From Balanoglossus misakiensis (Eukaryota; Animalia; Hemichordata): a stretch of 64,000 bases of DNA. The DNA lies in NCBI GenBank assembly GCA_040954595.2, contig CM082591.2:10061309-10125308 (forward strand), read 5' to 3'. Both the position numbers and the translations under genes were made by a program. The notes under the pieces were generated by a model. That model searched no databases. It was given only the letters and a program-made list of their open reading frames with translations, and was not told the DNA's origin. Shown piece after piece: positions 23,655-34,200 of the stretch (position 1 is the stretch's first letter; every line of letters begins with the position of its first letter).

Positions 23655-25055
23655 TTAAAATCTGGGCCAGTATGTTGGAGAACGAGAGGCATCATTACTT
23701 GTTAGTAATAATTCCTGATCATCACGATATTCATTGGGACTGTCATCGCTATCAGGGGCCTCAGTCGAAACTCCAGTAAGGGGAATATCAGGGAAATCCC
23801 TTGTGTCGATATTCAAAGTGGCCAGGATGGTCTCTAGAGATTGGCGTGACAGGGGAGGAACAGGGTCATGGACAAGGGGGCGAACATGATGCGGGCCATC
23901 TTGGAATGTAACTCGTTGGGTGACCACACCAATATCTACAGTAGTTGGCGTATGCTGACAACCCACAGACACAACATCAGGTTCCCACTGGATAGCAACG
24001 TCGACCGTGGCAACAGTACTTTCACCTTGAGACTCTCTTAAGGGGGCAGAATCATCAGTATTATTTCTAGCAGAACCAGACGACCAGCATCGGGACCGCT
24101 TACAATAACACCTATAACAACAGTAACATACAACAAGGGCCAAAACACATATACCAACCGTACCAGCACTAATCCCAAATACGGACACATGACTATCCGA
24201 AATGATATCAGCCAAAGACCGTGTTGGTTCCTCGGGCGACTCGGTCGTACGGGACCATGGAATCACGTATGGATTACCAGCCTTAGCTCCAGGTATACAC
24301 CCGAGGGACAGCAACTTAGACCATAACCGTTGTACACGCATCAAACCATACAGCGCTATAACGAAAGTTATGATCGATAGAACGGTCATCAAGGGGAGCA
24401 CGAACGTAGACACTTGATTTATCCATGGGGCATTTTCGAACAGGGACGTCTCATAGGCGTACTGATCCAGGGGATTAACGAATACCTGCGAATGCTTCTT
24501 CATTGTTTCAGCCATAGCGTCGAGGTCAAACCTTATCTCTTTATCACGGTTCAACGCACGAGACCATCGACCTTCAATGACGTCAACATCGGGTAATTCG
24601 ATGGACCACGGGGCATCAGAGGAATAATTGTAAGAGGGGAAAAGAAACGTAGCATTATACAGACTTAACAGAAACGGGAAGTTCAGCTTATGTACATATT
24701 CCAAGTCATGTGGTTGACAATCTATATCCAAGGTGTCGACATAGTAATAGTCAGATATGACAACACACCCACAAGGAACTGTAATAATACAAAACGTACA
24801 ACCTGATATTTTCTTCGGTGGATTTGAAGGACAGGACACATTCCAGGAGACAGAAAGACCTTGCAACAACACTTGCGAACCCTGAATGACCTTGGCCACA
24901 GGCATTTCATGAGAACGCATTACCAGTTGTGGATTACATAATCGAAGGACTTCGTCATGGCGACCATGGAACAATGCATTAGCACAGGATGGATAACCAG
25001 GTCGGAACATAGCAAAAGGTGTCCTGCAAATCAAAATCGATAAACCTGAACACAA
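23655..25055 (-). CDS. ORF3, env-like membrane protein (466 aa open frame; true start uncertain)
   Basis: Lies between pol and the 3' LTR. Cys-rich segment (CIITVPCGC...C), N-glycosylation sequons (NVS, NAT, NYS) and two hydrophobic stretches (FVLPLMTVLSIITFVIALYGLM; GTVGICVLALVVCYCCY). Confidence 0.7.
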   Translation of the reverse strand: MCSGLSILICRTPFAMFRPGYPSCANALFHGRHDEVLRLCNPQLVMRSHEMPVAKVIQGSQVLLQGLSVSWNVSCPSNPPKKISGCTFCIITVPCGCVVISDYYYVDTLDIDCQPHDLEYVHKLNFPFLLSLYNATFLFPSYNYSSDAPWSIELPDVDVIEGRWSRALNRDKEIRFDLDAMAETMKKHSQVFVNPLDQYAYETSLFENAPWINQVSTFVLPLMTVLSIITFVIALYGLMRVQRLWSKLLSLGCIPGAKAGNPYVIPWSRTTESPEEPTRSLADIISDSHVSVFGISAGTVGICVLALVVCYCCYRCYCKRSRCWSSGSARNNTDDSAPLRESQGESTVATVDVAIQWEPDVVSVGCQHTPTTVDIGVVTQRVTFQDGPHHVRPLVHDPVPPLSRQSLETILATLNIDTRDFPDIPLTGVSTEAPDSDDSPNEYRDDQELLLTSNDASRSPTYWPRF

Positions 25056-25219
25056 GGAGAAAAGGGGTGCAATAAATACGCAGTATCGCGACTATCTAAG
25101 ATGAGGATCACGCTATATAGGAGTAATCTCTAGAGAAAAACGAGTATGATGTTGACAAAAGAGATGAATTTTACGACTATGACGCATTCTCATTCTTTTC
25201 TTGCTCAAATACATATTTC

Positions 25220-28200
25220 TTAACTTTGCCGAATTTTACGAGTAGGCGTTCCTGTGATCGGTACAGGGTTGCGCTTCAAACTTTCCAATGCCGCCTCGTT
25301 AAGATTTTCAGCTGGTTCCCACGTGTTATGTTTTACATCGTAACCACGCCATTTTATTAAATACTCTAATTTTCCATTGCGGTATCTCCCTTTTTCAATT
25401 TTCTCGATGCCAAAATAGTTGTTTTTGCCATCATCTGGAGATTCATTATCTGTATTGTGCGTATCTGACTTCTGAGTTAATCGTTCCTCGGCCCGCTTAC
25501 GAATCGCGCGACGTCTGCGTATTCTACCTGAGTACCGTTCGGTAATTTCCTCGGGTGTTTCACTGGCACTATAATAAATGTCGGTGTCCGAATTCAAATG
25601 ATAATCTACTCGTTCCTGGTCTTGTCTTTCGGGCGCGTTATTCGCGTCGTGATCCGATTCACTTTCGTCCGCGCTGTACTGAGTTGATTGTGACTCTAGT
25701 AGTCGTTCGGGGCGTAAGTGCGCGAACTTTAACCTGTTCACATGAACGACCTTCGGATACGGCTTTCCGTCATCGATATATTGCAAGCGATAATTTACCG
25801 GGGAGACCTGGGCACTAATTCTATACGGTCCCCTGTATTTATGAGCAAACTTTGGACTTCTTCCCACTGCCACTGCTGGATTGTACAAATAGACAGTATC
25901 GCCCACTTTGAACTTTATGACGTCTTTTACTTTCCGATCGTATCTCTCTTTCATCGCGGTTTGTGCCTTCTGGATATTTTCCTTGGCTAGACCGATCGCT
26001 ATGTTTCTTTTCTGAGCCAAGTCTTTCAAATGGAAATCGACGTTTCGCGATTTTCCTGGCTGTGGCAAAATTTCTACGTCAACCGGAAGTCGAACTTCGC
26101 TACCGAACATGGCTCGAAAGGGGCTGATTCCGGTGGTGTCGTGTGGACTCGCTCGATACGCGAACATTACGGAGGCCAAATACATATCCCAATCATCCTC
26201 TCTTTCTGAAACATACATGGACAACATGCTCAAAATACTGGAATTTTGTCTTTCACACATTCCATTTGTTTGTGGATGGTAGGGACTGGTTGTTTTCTTT
26301 GTAATTTCAAAGTATCGGCAAATCTCTTTTACTATTTGAGACATAAATGCCGATCCTTGGTCCGAAATTAAAATGCTAGGGAAACCGAATAAACAAAGGA
26401 CCTGTTCAAACATGATTCTAGCTACAGTCTCAGCCTTCATATCTTCCGTTGCAAACGCTAAACTAAATTTAGTCAGGTACTCAGTAAACACCAGTATGTA
26501 TTTATTACCGCGCTTCGTTTGTTTCAAGGGACCTAAGAAATCGACGCCCATTCGTTGCATAACCGAAGCTACAGGGATTGGAAGTAAAGGGGCGTTGCCG
26601 CGTGTACCGCGCTTTCGCGAATGGCAATGTACGCACGAGTTCACGTAATCAGTGATGTCTTTGATCATGTTCTTCCAAAAATATCGCAACCGTATGGTCT
26701 CCAACGTCCGACTGACTCCTTGGTGACCAGCTGTAATATCATCATGCATTCTCTGAAGAATATAAAGTTGCAGTGATTTTGGAACAACTAACTGTCGAAT
26801 GAATTTCTCTTTCTTAGCCGCTTTTCCCGTCGCGTTCCAATAATGATATAATACACCATTGATAATCACGTAATTATCACTGTCGCTCGCAACGTATCGC
26901 GCTAATTTATCATTCTCCGGTAATTCGTTTCGCTCGATAAATGCAAACCATTTCTCTAAATCAGGGTCTTCCCTTTGCGATTTCTTTATTTTGTTTTCTA
27001 CTTCGTTGTATTCCTCGACGTCGTCACTACTTTCCGATTCGCTGCGCTTTCTATTAGAATTGGAGTCGTTACTACCGCGACCGATCTGTTCGTTTTCCGT
27101 TGATTTTACCTCGCTATCGTCGTATAACCGTTGCACGTCCGTAACTACATCATCCGACGCGAGTTCTATTTGATTTAGCGCTACCGATGACGTCATATTC
27201 TCATTCTCTTGTGGCGCGGCAGCACTGTCAGGTGTATTGGTCGATTGTCGTGTCATGTCACTGTCATTGTCGTTATTCACTTCAAGCTTTTCGTCAAACA
27301 AGTCAGACCCACTGAAATCAGAACTATTATCACAAATATCAGAATATTGTCTACGGGACAACCCATCAGCATGAGCAATTGATTTACCAGGCTTGTGGAT
27401 AATTTCAAAATCATACCCCTGCACTTTAAGTATCCATCTTGCAATTCTACCTGAAGGTTTCTTTATCTTGAACAAATAAGGGAGATTAGCATGGTCAGTA
27501 ATTATCTGGAACCTAGTAGAACGTAGATAGGGATCGCAGTGGCTCAGGCCATTTATGACTGCGATAGCTTCTCTTTCCGTAGTGGTGTACCGCTGCTGAG
27601 CTGGGCTAAGGGAACGCCCCCCGTATACAATTGGTCTTTCACACCCGTCCTGCTCTTGTGTCAATATGAACCCGACACTGTGAGACGAGGCATCTGTGTA
27701 CAACTTAAATGGTTTTCCAAACTGTGGATAACCGAGAACTGGAGCTGTAACCAAAGCTTTCTTAAGAAAATCAAACGCCTCTTGACAATCATCATTCCAA
27801 CTAAATCGAACATCCTTCTTGAACAACTTATGAAGGGGATTAGCAATCTTAGCAAAATCACGGATGAAACGACGATAGAAACCAACACAACCCAAAAATG
27901 CACGAACATCTGACACATTCTTAGGAACAGGAAAATCTTGAACAGCACTCACTTTCTTAGGATCAACAGAAATTCCATCCTTATCCAACAGGTGTCCAAG
28001 AAATTTCACTTGTTTCTTACCGAAAGAACACTTCTGAGGACGCAACTTCAATCCAGCTTCCCGAAGACGAGACAAAACTGCGTCAAGGTGTCGCAGGTGT
28101 TCGTCAAAAGACCTTGAGAAAATAATCAGATCATCGATATACACCAACACGTATCTCCACAGCATATTCCTGAAAATAAACTGCATAGTACGTTGGAAAG

Positions 28201-29596
28201 AATTAGCAGAATTACGCATACCCTGGGGAAGCCGATTAAATTCATACAAACCATCATGACAGACAAAAGCGGTCTTATGAGTATCCCGTTCATCGATGGC
28301 TATTTGCCAAAATCCAGACATCATATCTAAAGTAGAGAAATATTGGGGGTTTTGATCACCGATCATTTCCAGGGACTCTGTTAAGTTTGGGATAGGGAAG
28401 ACATCGGGCTTGGTTATAGCGTTGACCTTCCTGTAGTCGACACAAAAGCGATATTCACCTGATGGTTTCTTCACAAGTACCACTGGGCTAGAAAATTGAG
28501 AAGTGCTTGGTGAAATTATACCTTGGGAAAGTAAATTATCAACTTCTTTCTCTATCACTTTACGTTTCACTGGATCTACTCTATAAGGAGGCATTTTTAT
28601 AGGTTGAGCATTCGGCAGCAACTCAATTTTATGTTTTATAGCATCACAATACCCCAATTTCTTATCATCACCCACAAACGCTGCTTGATTACGCCATAAC
28701 ACTCTTTGTAAATCTTCTGTTTGCTGGTCAGTTAAAGACGAATCACAAAAATCAAATTTACTCATTAAATCCTCTCTGGCCTTCTTTCTCCACATATCCC
28801 CCCTATAATCATCGGTACTCGCATCTAATTTATGGACTGTAGCACCTACAGGTAACATACAAAAGGTTCCCAATTTCGTCCCCTTTTTAATGAAAACATC
28901 ATTATCACCCGTATTTACCACCCTTACCGTAACTTCGTCCCCCTTTGTTACATCCAAAACTCTTGCTGTCGCAACTCCCAAATGGCTTAGATTTTTAGTC
29001 GTTTCTGTATGACCGAGAATTCCATCGGGCATACGGTTGTTAAGTTTGCCGAAAAACAAACATTCTGAACGAGGTGGAACAGAGAAGCCTTGGGTAGCCT
29101 TGACAACCAAAGCAGAACGAAGTTTTAACTTCTTACTAGCAAAATCAATAACAGCTCTATATTTAGTGAGAAAATCAACACCAATTATTAACTTCTGATT
29201 CAATTCTTCTACAATATGAATAGACATTTGTGCTCTTTTCCCATTGATTTTTACATCTACATTGATAATCCCCTTAATGGGAATTTGGCGGTCATCGGCC
29301 AGCTTTATCGCTGTAAAAGCCGATGGATACATTTTACAATTACGTAATTTCGGAATTTTCGACAATAAACTTACAGGAGCAACCGTGATAGCTGCGCCTG
29401 TATCAACTAGAGCTGAAATATTATACGACTTAATACATACATTAATTATATTGATTCCTTTCATACATTTATCATCAATATCTAAATTACATACTTCTTT
29501 TATCCTTTTATCCTTTCCCGGCCGTTCACAGGTACCTCTCTCAAATTTCTTATACTTGGATCCTGCCGGCACTACTCGTTTTTTCGCTGGGAACAA
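25220..29596 (-). CDS. pol: Pol polyprotein: aspartic protease, reverse transcriptase, RNase H, integrase, chromodomain
   Basis: LVDTGA (protease); RLPQG and YIDD (RT); TDAS...TDH (RNase H); H-x6-H...CVHC, VDFLG, SDQG, GMCER (integrase); GPY motif; C-terminal YFGIEKI...YLIKWRGY...NTWEPAENL chromodomain. Frame uninterrupted. Confidence 0.97.
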   Translation of the reverse strand: MFPAKKRVVPAGSKYKKFERGTCERPGKDKRIKEVCNLDIDDKCMKGINIINVCIKSYNISALVDTGAAITVAPVSLLSKIPKLRNCKMYPSAFTAIKLADDRQIPIKGIINVDVKINGKRAQMSIHIVEELNQKLIIGVDFLTKYRAVIDFASKKLKLRSALVVKATQGFSVPPRSECLFFGKLNNRMPDGILGHTETTKNLSHLGVATARVLDVTKGDEVTVRVVNTGDNDVFIKKGTKLGTFCMLPVGATVHKLDASTDDYRGDMWRKKAREDLMSKFDFCDSSLTDQQTEDLQRVLWRNQAAFVGDDKKLGYCDAIKHKIELLPNAQPIKMPPYRVDPVKRKVIEKEVDNLLSQGIISPSTSQFSSPVVLVKKPSGEYRFCVDYRKVNAITKPDVFPIPNLTESLEMIGDQNPQYFSTLDMMSGFWQIAIDERDTHKTAFVCHDGLYEFNRLPQGMRNSANSFQRTMQFIFRNMLWRYVLVYIDDLIIFSRSFDEHLRHLDAVLSRLREAGLKLRPQKCSFGKKQVKFLGHLLDKDGISVDPKKVSAVQDFPVPKNVSDVRAFLGCVGFYRRFIRDFAKIANPLHKLFKKDVRFSWNDDCQEAFDFLKKALVTAPVLGYPQFGKPFKLYTDASSHSVGFILTQEQDGCERPIVYGGRSLSPAQQRYTTTEREAIAVINGLSHCDPYLRSTRFQIITDHANLPYLFKIKKPSGRIARWILKVQGYDFEIIHKPGKSIAHADGLSRRQYSDICDNSSDFSGSDLFDEKLEVNNDNDSDMTRQSTNTPDSAAAPQENENMTSSVALNQIELASDDVVTDVQRLYDDSEVKSTENEQIGRGSNDSNSNRKRSESESSDDVEEYNEVENKIKKSQREDPDLEKWFAFIERNELPENDKLARYVASDSDNYVIINGVLYHYWNATGKAAKKEKFIRQLVVPKSLQLYILQRMHDDITAGHQGVSRTLETIRLRYFWKNMIKDITDYVNSCVHCHSRKRGTRGNAPLLPIPVASVMQRMGVDFLGPLKQTKRGNKYILVFTEYLTKFSLAFATEDMKAETVARIMFEQVLCLFGFPSILISDQGSAFMSQIVKEICRYFEITKKTTSPYHPQTNGMCERQNSSILSMLSMYVSEREDDWDMYLASVMFAYRASPHDTTGISPFRAMFGSEVRLPVDVEILPQPGKSRNVDFHLKDLAQKRNIAIGLAKENIQKAQTAMKERYDRKVKDVIKFKVGDTVYLYNPAVAVGRSPKFAHKYRGPYRISAQVSPVNYRLQYIDDGKPYPKVVHVNRLKFAHLRPERLLESQSTQYSADESESDHDANNAPERQDQERVDYHLNSDTDIYYSASETPEEITERYSGRIRRRRAIRKRAEERLTQKSDTHNTDNESPDDGKNNYFGIEKIEKGRYRNGKLEYLIKWRGYDVKHNTWEPAENLNEAALESLKRNPVPITGTPTRKIRQS

Positions 29597-30690
29597 TTAC
29601 GGGAAATGTGACCTTGACGACCACAATTATAGCAAACCCTTGTGTCAGCCCTTCTAGTTGGACAGGCTGAACTGATGTGTCCAGCGACACCACATGAATA
29701 GCATACGACTTGATCATGATCTACAAGTCTATTTCCATAGACTCTAGCTCGATCATTATTTCTCCCAGAATAAATCCTATCTGATTGTCTATAAGTGTTT
29801 CTGGAATATCCTTGATAATTATTACCGCCACGTACCGTACCACTTGCTTGACTTGCTCTTGGTGCCGGTTCTTGATCTTTATCTTTTCCGGTCGCCAGCC
29901 TCTGATTCTGTTCCGCCAGCATCAGTAGTAGTTTAGTCAGGTCAGAGTCCCTCGATGTTGACTTGACTTCTTCATCGGGCAGGTCGACCACCAGCTCCCC
30001 AGTCTTGGCGAAGGCGAACGCTGACTTGAAATCTTCTGGATCTCTTCCAGCGACGAACTTCATCAGCTTAGGTCGCAACCCATGTAGGAAGTGGCTCAGC
30101 AACTCGACGTCGTTACGACCGTACCGATCGCACTTGTCTTTCAGTCGGCCTGCAAAAGCTTCTACCGACTCACCTGGTTCTTGGCGGACGTTACGCAGCT
30201 CTTGGTCGCTGCGCCATCTGGGCCCCTGTTTCGTGAAACGCTCCAAGAACTCTTCTCTTAAAGCGTTCCAGTTACGCATCATCTCGTCTGGCTGGGACGT
30301 AAACCACCGTTCAGCCTCGTCGGCCATCAGCAGACCAAATACGTCGATGATGTTGGCCCGCTGAACCTGCTTGAGGTTGACATACATCTCAAACTTCCTC
30401 AACCATTTCTGTGGGGAATCACTTTCTCGCCCAGTATACTTAGGTGGCATGATGTTTACTCCCATATTAATGTTAGAAAATTGCCTACCTAGGGCATCCA
30501 GGTTGTCCAAATGGTCTCTTCGCTCTCGGTCCTGGATCCTCTCCATACGCTGGAGTACTTCGTTTAGGCGCCTATCAACCTCACCGGGTTGTTCTGGTGG
30601 GTAGTCCATGCCGTCATTGATGTTAGCGATGATAGGTTCAGCCATTGTATTTTCTCTCGGTCGATTTATTCTTCCGGATCGTAGGATCAT
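29572..30690 (-). CDS. gag: Gag with two CCHC zinc knuckles
   Basis: Retrotransposon capsid-like motifs (PPKYTG, QEPGESVEAF, FLHGLR) and knuckles CYSCGVAGHISSAC and CYNCGRQGHISRNC. First ATG after the PBS is at 30690 (MILRSGR); the track start at 30855 lies inside the LTR. Confidence 0.93.
   Translation of the reverse strand: MILRSGRINRPRENTMAEPIIANINDGMDYPPEQPGEVDRRLNEVLQRMERIQDRERRDHLDNLDALGRQFSNINMGVNIMPPKYTGRESDSPQKWLRKFEMYVNLKQVQRANIIDVFGLLMADEAERWFTSQPDEMMRNWNALREEFLERFTKQGPRWRSDQELRNVRQEPGESVEAFAGRLKDKCDRYGRNDVELLSHFLHGLRPKLMKFVAGRDPEDFKSAFAFAKTGELVVDLPDEEVKSTSRDSDLTKLLLMLAEQNQRLATGKDKDQEPAPRASQASGTVRGGNNYQGYSRNTYRQSDRIYSGRNNDRARVYGNRLVDHDQVVCYSCGVAGHISSACPTRRADTRVCYNCGRQGHISRNCSQRKNE
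29578..29584 (-). promoter_or_regulatory. -1 ribosomal frameshift slippery heptamer A AAA AAC
   Basis: Gag reads CGA AAA AAC GAG TAG; pol is in the -1 frame across this site, an exact X XXY YYZ pattern. Confidence 0.8.
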
Positions 30691-30719
30691 ATATTCGTGT
30701 CGCTCAGTTACTCCGGATG

Positions 30720-30728
30720 TCTCCACCA
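30720..30728 (-). promoter_or_regulatory. Primer-binding site, probably tRNA-Ala
   Basis: TGGTGGAGA lies 3 nt inside the 5' LTR boundary and is complementary to a ...TCTCCACCA tRNA 3' end. Confidence 0.7.
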
Positions 30729-30731
30729 ATT

Positions 30732-31231
30732 TGTTACCGTCTCCTAATTCGTCGTTATTTCGATGTAGACTCTTACTCACTGTCAGTTCGTAGAGTCTAA
30801 AGTCAGTTGAGGTACCACTCAGGATCGTAATACTTTCAGTAACTGAGACGGACACAAAGTGTTCAATTTCAAATCATCAACTCAGGCTTTAATCATCGAA
30901 CCGTTACTCAAGGCTCCTCCAAGTTGAATCAACTCAAAAGTGTACAATACTCATATTCTAAAGTCAAAATTGCATCAACTTACAATGAGTCATTTTCTAA
31001 AATTAGAAAGTTCAATGCTCTATGCTGGATCATACGATGTTCATCTCTAGGTAATAAAATCATAATATCGTCATAGTATTTGTTGTATCTAGGTAATAAA
31101 ATTCCAACGCCATCGCCGCTTGACTCCAACACGTGAGGTACGCTGTAATTTTGGTTCCAGGGACCACAATAATTTTATTTATTACGCAACCAAACAAAAC
31201 GGTTAAAATGCGGGTGTATGAGGGCGTAACA
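30732..31231 (-). repeat. 5' LTR
   Basis: 500-bp direct repeat of 22819-23318 with TG...CA ends. Confidence 0.96.
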
Positions 31232-34200
31232 CTACAAGTGAAGAACCCCAGTAACAGACGTAACGAACAAACAAACTACATGTACTAACAACAAAGCAAG
31301 AAAAGTGTCAAGCGTCGTCAAAGAAAACGAAAAAGTTCTAGCATGGTTGGTAAAAGTTATTGGTAGAAAACGAATAGGGCCTTCTACAAATGACGTCTCA
31401 GACCCGCAAACGCCACCAGAACACAAAACACATGCACAGAACAGTTTAAGCCGGTTGTTGTATGGAGCAGCAATAATCTGCGGTTGGGCCGTCGTAGATT
31501 TTCGCTGGTGGTGAAAATAAATAAAACACGATCGATGTTCGATTTATTCCAGATCACATGCGTTTACGGCCAGGAGAGAGCATAAAAGTCTTCAAATGAC
31601 CATGTGGTGGCGCACTTTTTCCGATTGGCTGTATTTCAATTTGTTCGTGGTAAATTAATTTTGTGGAGGTGACCGGCACTGAAGCTCTTAGCTAGGATGA
31701 GGTGGGATGGAAAAATGCCCCATTTTAGCTGTTTTAAAATATACGACTATTTATAGACAAAAGGAAAATAAAACAAGCGCAAAAACATACCAAACCTAGT
31801 TTTATTAATTAAAAACAAAATTGCTGAGTAAAGGTTTTCATGTGGGCATTCACTTTGAACTTGCTAAATTAATTTAAAGAGACAAAGTCGCTCTCTCTTT
31901 GTCCTTTTGCGATGATAGAATGCTTGCTTGAAGTCTCTCGTGCAATAAATGATGTCGATTCATACATGTATGGATGGTGTATAGGTAGTCGGAATTTACA
32001 TGTCTTTGCCACGACCAAACCAACAACACGTAAAATCAAAGTTTGGGTCATGAAATCGAGTTTTGTTACAGTCTAGAATTTCATGCCACCCCTTATGGTC
32101 ATATTATTCTTGGTAGGCAAAAGTGACAAGTAGTCAAGTTTCAACACAGGCAACATTTTTTACAAACAAACCACAAAGAAGACATCAAAAGGGAAAGAAT
32201 TATAGAATGGTCAATGTGTGAAAAGTTAAGATACGTAAAGTGGCCGGGTTCAACATTAACTCATCGACTTCATATCGTCTTCATGCCATGGTTTTTGCCT
32301 GCCCTGAAAGTTCTTGTCGTTGCAGAAGTGGTTTTGACAGAAAGAATTTAGTCTTCCGGGATGTTTGTGATTATTTGAACACCAGACAATACAATGCAAC
32401 CTTGACTTCCAAAATACTTACCGGCATTGCATTATCTTACCATGGTTAGGCCTACAGTGAACAAATTTTCAACAATATTTTCTGAGTTACCGCTGATATT
32501 TGTTTTGTAGTATGGATATTAAATTATACATCCCGATACAAAACAGAATGTTATAGAATCCTTCCTGAGTGATATTGAAAAAATTACCGGAATGCTACCG
32601 CCTAATCTATGGTTAGGGTTATTGCTATTATTTTATATCAGTAATCGACTTTGTGTATATCAATGTCATTTTCATAACGAAAATGAACTCGAGTCTAATG
32701 TAAACGTTACGAATTGATCGAAAGGCGCTCTGATGAATGTTAACACGAGTGCGCAGTAACAAGACATGCATCGTGCGTGACAGTGACAACAGTTCCTATA
32801 GAGCAGTTAAAAAATAAACCGGCCGTCCGGAAATTTATCAGCTATATTTTTTTTTATTTAGTCACGTTTTCCCTGTTGCATGCTATTAGTTCAGGGGCCA
32901 GTTTTAGCAGTGCTCTATTGAGTACTTTCGTATCGATGGATTGATCTCTCGTCCAATCAGAATGGCGGATGGTAGCATGATCCGACATATTGCGTATTAC
33001 AATAGGGCTTCCTCATACAGGTCAGAACGGAGAGGTCATTCCTTTTATTTTAGGACGTCTCAGCTCCTTTGTCTTTTCTGTTATAGTGTTAAAGAAATCA
33101 AACGGTTTTGTTTTGGCCGGTAAACACCGATGGATTAACTCTTAAGTCCATCGTGCATCCAAACGCAGTCGAGTCGGTTTGGTCATTGTTTATGCGACAG
33201 TAAATGCCAAATGTGACAGAAGCATCATATTAAATGAGATAGAATACACAAACAAACAACATACGAATAAACAAACAGGCAAACAAACAAACAAACAACC
33301 ATTAGGGACTGTTCAGAATTTACTTCCAAGTTGGGGATGGAGGATTTTTTATTTTCCTGGTGATTTTTTTCCATGGTCTCCCCTAGTAAATTGTGGAGGA
33401 AATATGTGGTCCCTCCTTAAATTTCCTGGGGATTTTCCATGGTCCCCCTATTGTGACTTTTATGTCTAGTCTCCCCTAATTTGTCTTGGAGAAAATGGGT
33501 GGTCCCCCCCCCTCTGAAAATTCTCCGCCCCCCTGGAAGTAAATTCTGAACAGTCCCTTATTAAAGCCAACAGCTAGCACCCTGGCTTCTCTGCCAGAGG
33601 AGCGATAACATCGACAAAATGCAGATACACAAGAAATGAGCACTTTATTCCACAAGTGAAGTAGTCTGTTCCCTGCCCCATTCCCACCGCTTGCTGCGCC
33701 CTTTAGCGTAGCGCCGATGGCAGTGGGAATGGGGCAGGGGACCAGACTACAAGTGAAGAACCCCAGTAACAGACGTAACGAACAAACAAACTACATGTAC
33801 TAACAACAAAGCAAGAAAAGTGTCAAGCGTCGTCAAAGAAAACGAAAAAGTTCTAGCATGGTTGGTAAAAGTTATTGGTAGAAAACGAATAGGGCCTTCT
33901 ACAAATGACGTCTCAGACCCGCAAACGCCACCAGAACACAAAACACATGCACAGAACAGTTTAAGCCGGTTGTTGTATGGAGCAGCAATAATCTGCGGTT
34001 GGGCCGTCGTAGATTTTCGCTGGTGGTGAAAATAAATAAAACACGATCGATGTTCGATTTATTCCAGATCACATGCGTTTACGGCCAGGAGAGAGCATAA
34101 AAGTCTTCAAATGACCATGTGGTGGCGCACTTTTTCCGATTGGCTGTATTTCAATTTGTTCGTGGTAAATTAATTTTGTGGAGGTGACCGGCACTGAAGC

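Larger units (their letters stand above)
22819..31231 (-). mobile_element. Full-length Ty3/Gypsy LTR retrotransposon with chromodomain integrase and env-like ORF3
   Basis: Two 500-bp LTRs (TGTTAC...GTAACA), 4-bp TSD CTAC (22815-22818 and 31232-31235), PBS, PPT, gag, and pol in the order PR-RT-RH-IN. Confidence 0.97.
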
